From Oikopleura dioica (taxonomy: Eukaryota > Animalia > Chordata), in assembly GCA_907165135.1 (NCBI GenBank), contig OU015568.1:4216001-4280000 (forward strand): DNA of 64,000 nucleotides, written 5' to 3'. The position numbers and the translations under genes are program-made. Of this stretch, positions 63,801 through 64,000 are shown in pieces. The notes below the pieces were generated by a model, which was not told the DNA's origin, did no database searches, and saw nothing but the letters and a program-made list of their open reading frames with translations. How positions within the stretch are numbered: position 1 is the first letter of the stretch; every line of letters begins with the position of its first letter.

Positions 63801-64000
63801 AAATTGAGGGATAAAATAGTGACACCCTTATTTAATCTTTTTTTGTTGAAAAATAGAGCATATGACAAATGAAAGTCTTCATGAAAATTCACAGTCTCTT
63901 TCATACCTGAATACTACTGTAATAACAGCAACAGCCAGTAATGCCGCGCTAGCTTGCCGTAGACTTCTGTAGACTCGAACCTTGAGCAGCTCTTTCCGTT
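60847..64000 (-). CDS. SK/KCNN-like calcium-activated potassium channel (starts beyond the window end)
   Basis: S1 ..ILDIELN, ELILCVIHLPPG, FARLYHIVK, pore WMMGVTITNLGFGDFTP, S6 TALIVGVLSDTLVIPPDEK, CaM-binding region AAAKLIQATWRFY..RRHAHKSYVDALWQWRRVK. Stop at 60847. Confidence 0.86.

Overview
AT-rich, intron-dense animal genomic DNA with many ~40-60 nt introns and frequent GA/GG/GC-AG splice donors. This pattern points to a larvacean tunicate (Oikopleura-like); the taxon is my inference. All gene models were spliced by eye. Genes from left to right: the 3' half of NPC1; a small acidic protein; a class A GPCR with a long ectodomain; a trefoil/Thr-mucin/dead-serine-protease chimera; an 85-aa three-exon peptide-hormone-like precursor; a secreted unknown; a HEPN-like protein; an unknown minus-strand gene; and a large VWA7-like/ITIH fusion gene. 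A ~20-kb gene-poor stretch (24-44.5 kb) follows, rich in hairpin MITEs and motif clusters. Next is a same-strand array: a microprotein, PH-like paralogue 1, a Shaker-like channel with a GYE filter, a CFA/CMAS-type methyltransferase, ASS1, PH-like paralogue 2, and an MFSD4-like transporter with an intronic tRNA-Leu. The window ends with a convergent SK/KCNN-like channel. The clearest novelty is a 4.2-kb LTR element (53096-57313) with identical 210-bp LTRs, an ATGAT target-site duplication, PBS and PPT. It encodes a Gag-like protein and small orphan ORFs but no Pol. Its ORFs sit behind 3' splice acceptors, and it is inserted directly in front of the ASS1 poly(A) signal. Other strong leads are the unannotated prepropeptide at 10006-10352, the GYE-filter Kv subunit and the VWA7-ITIH fusion.
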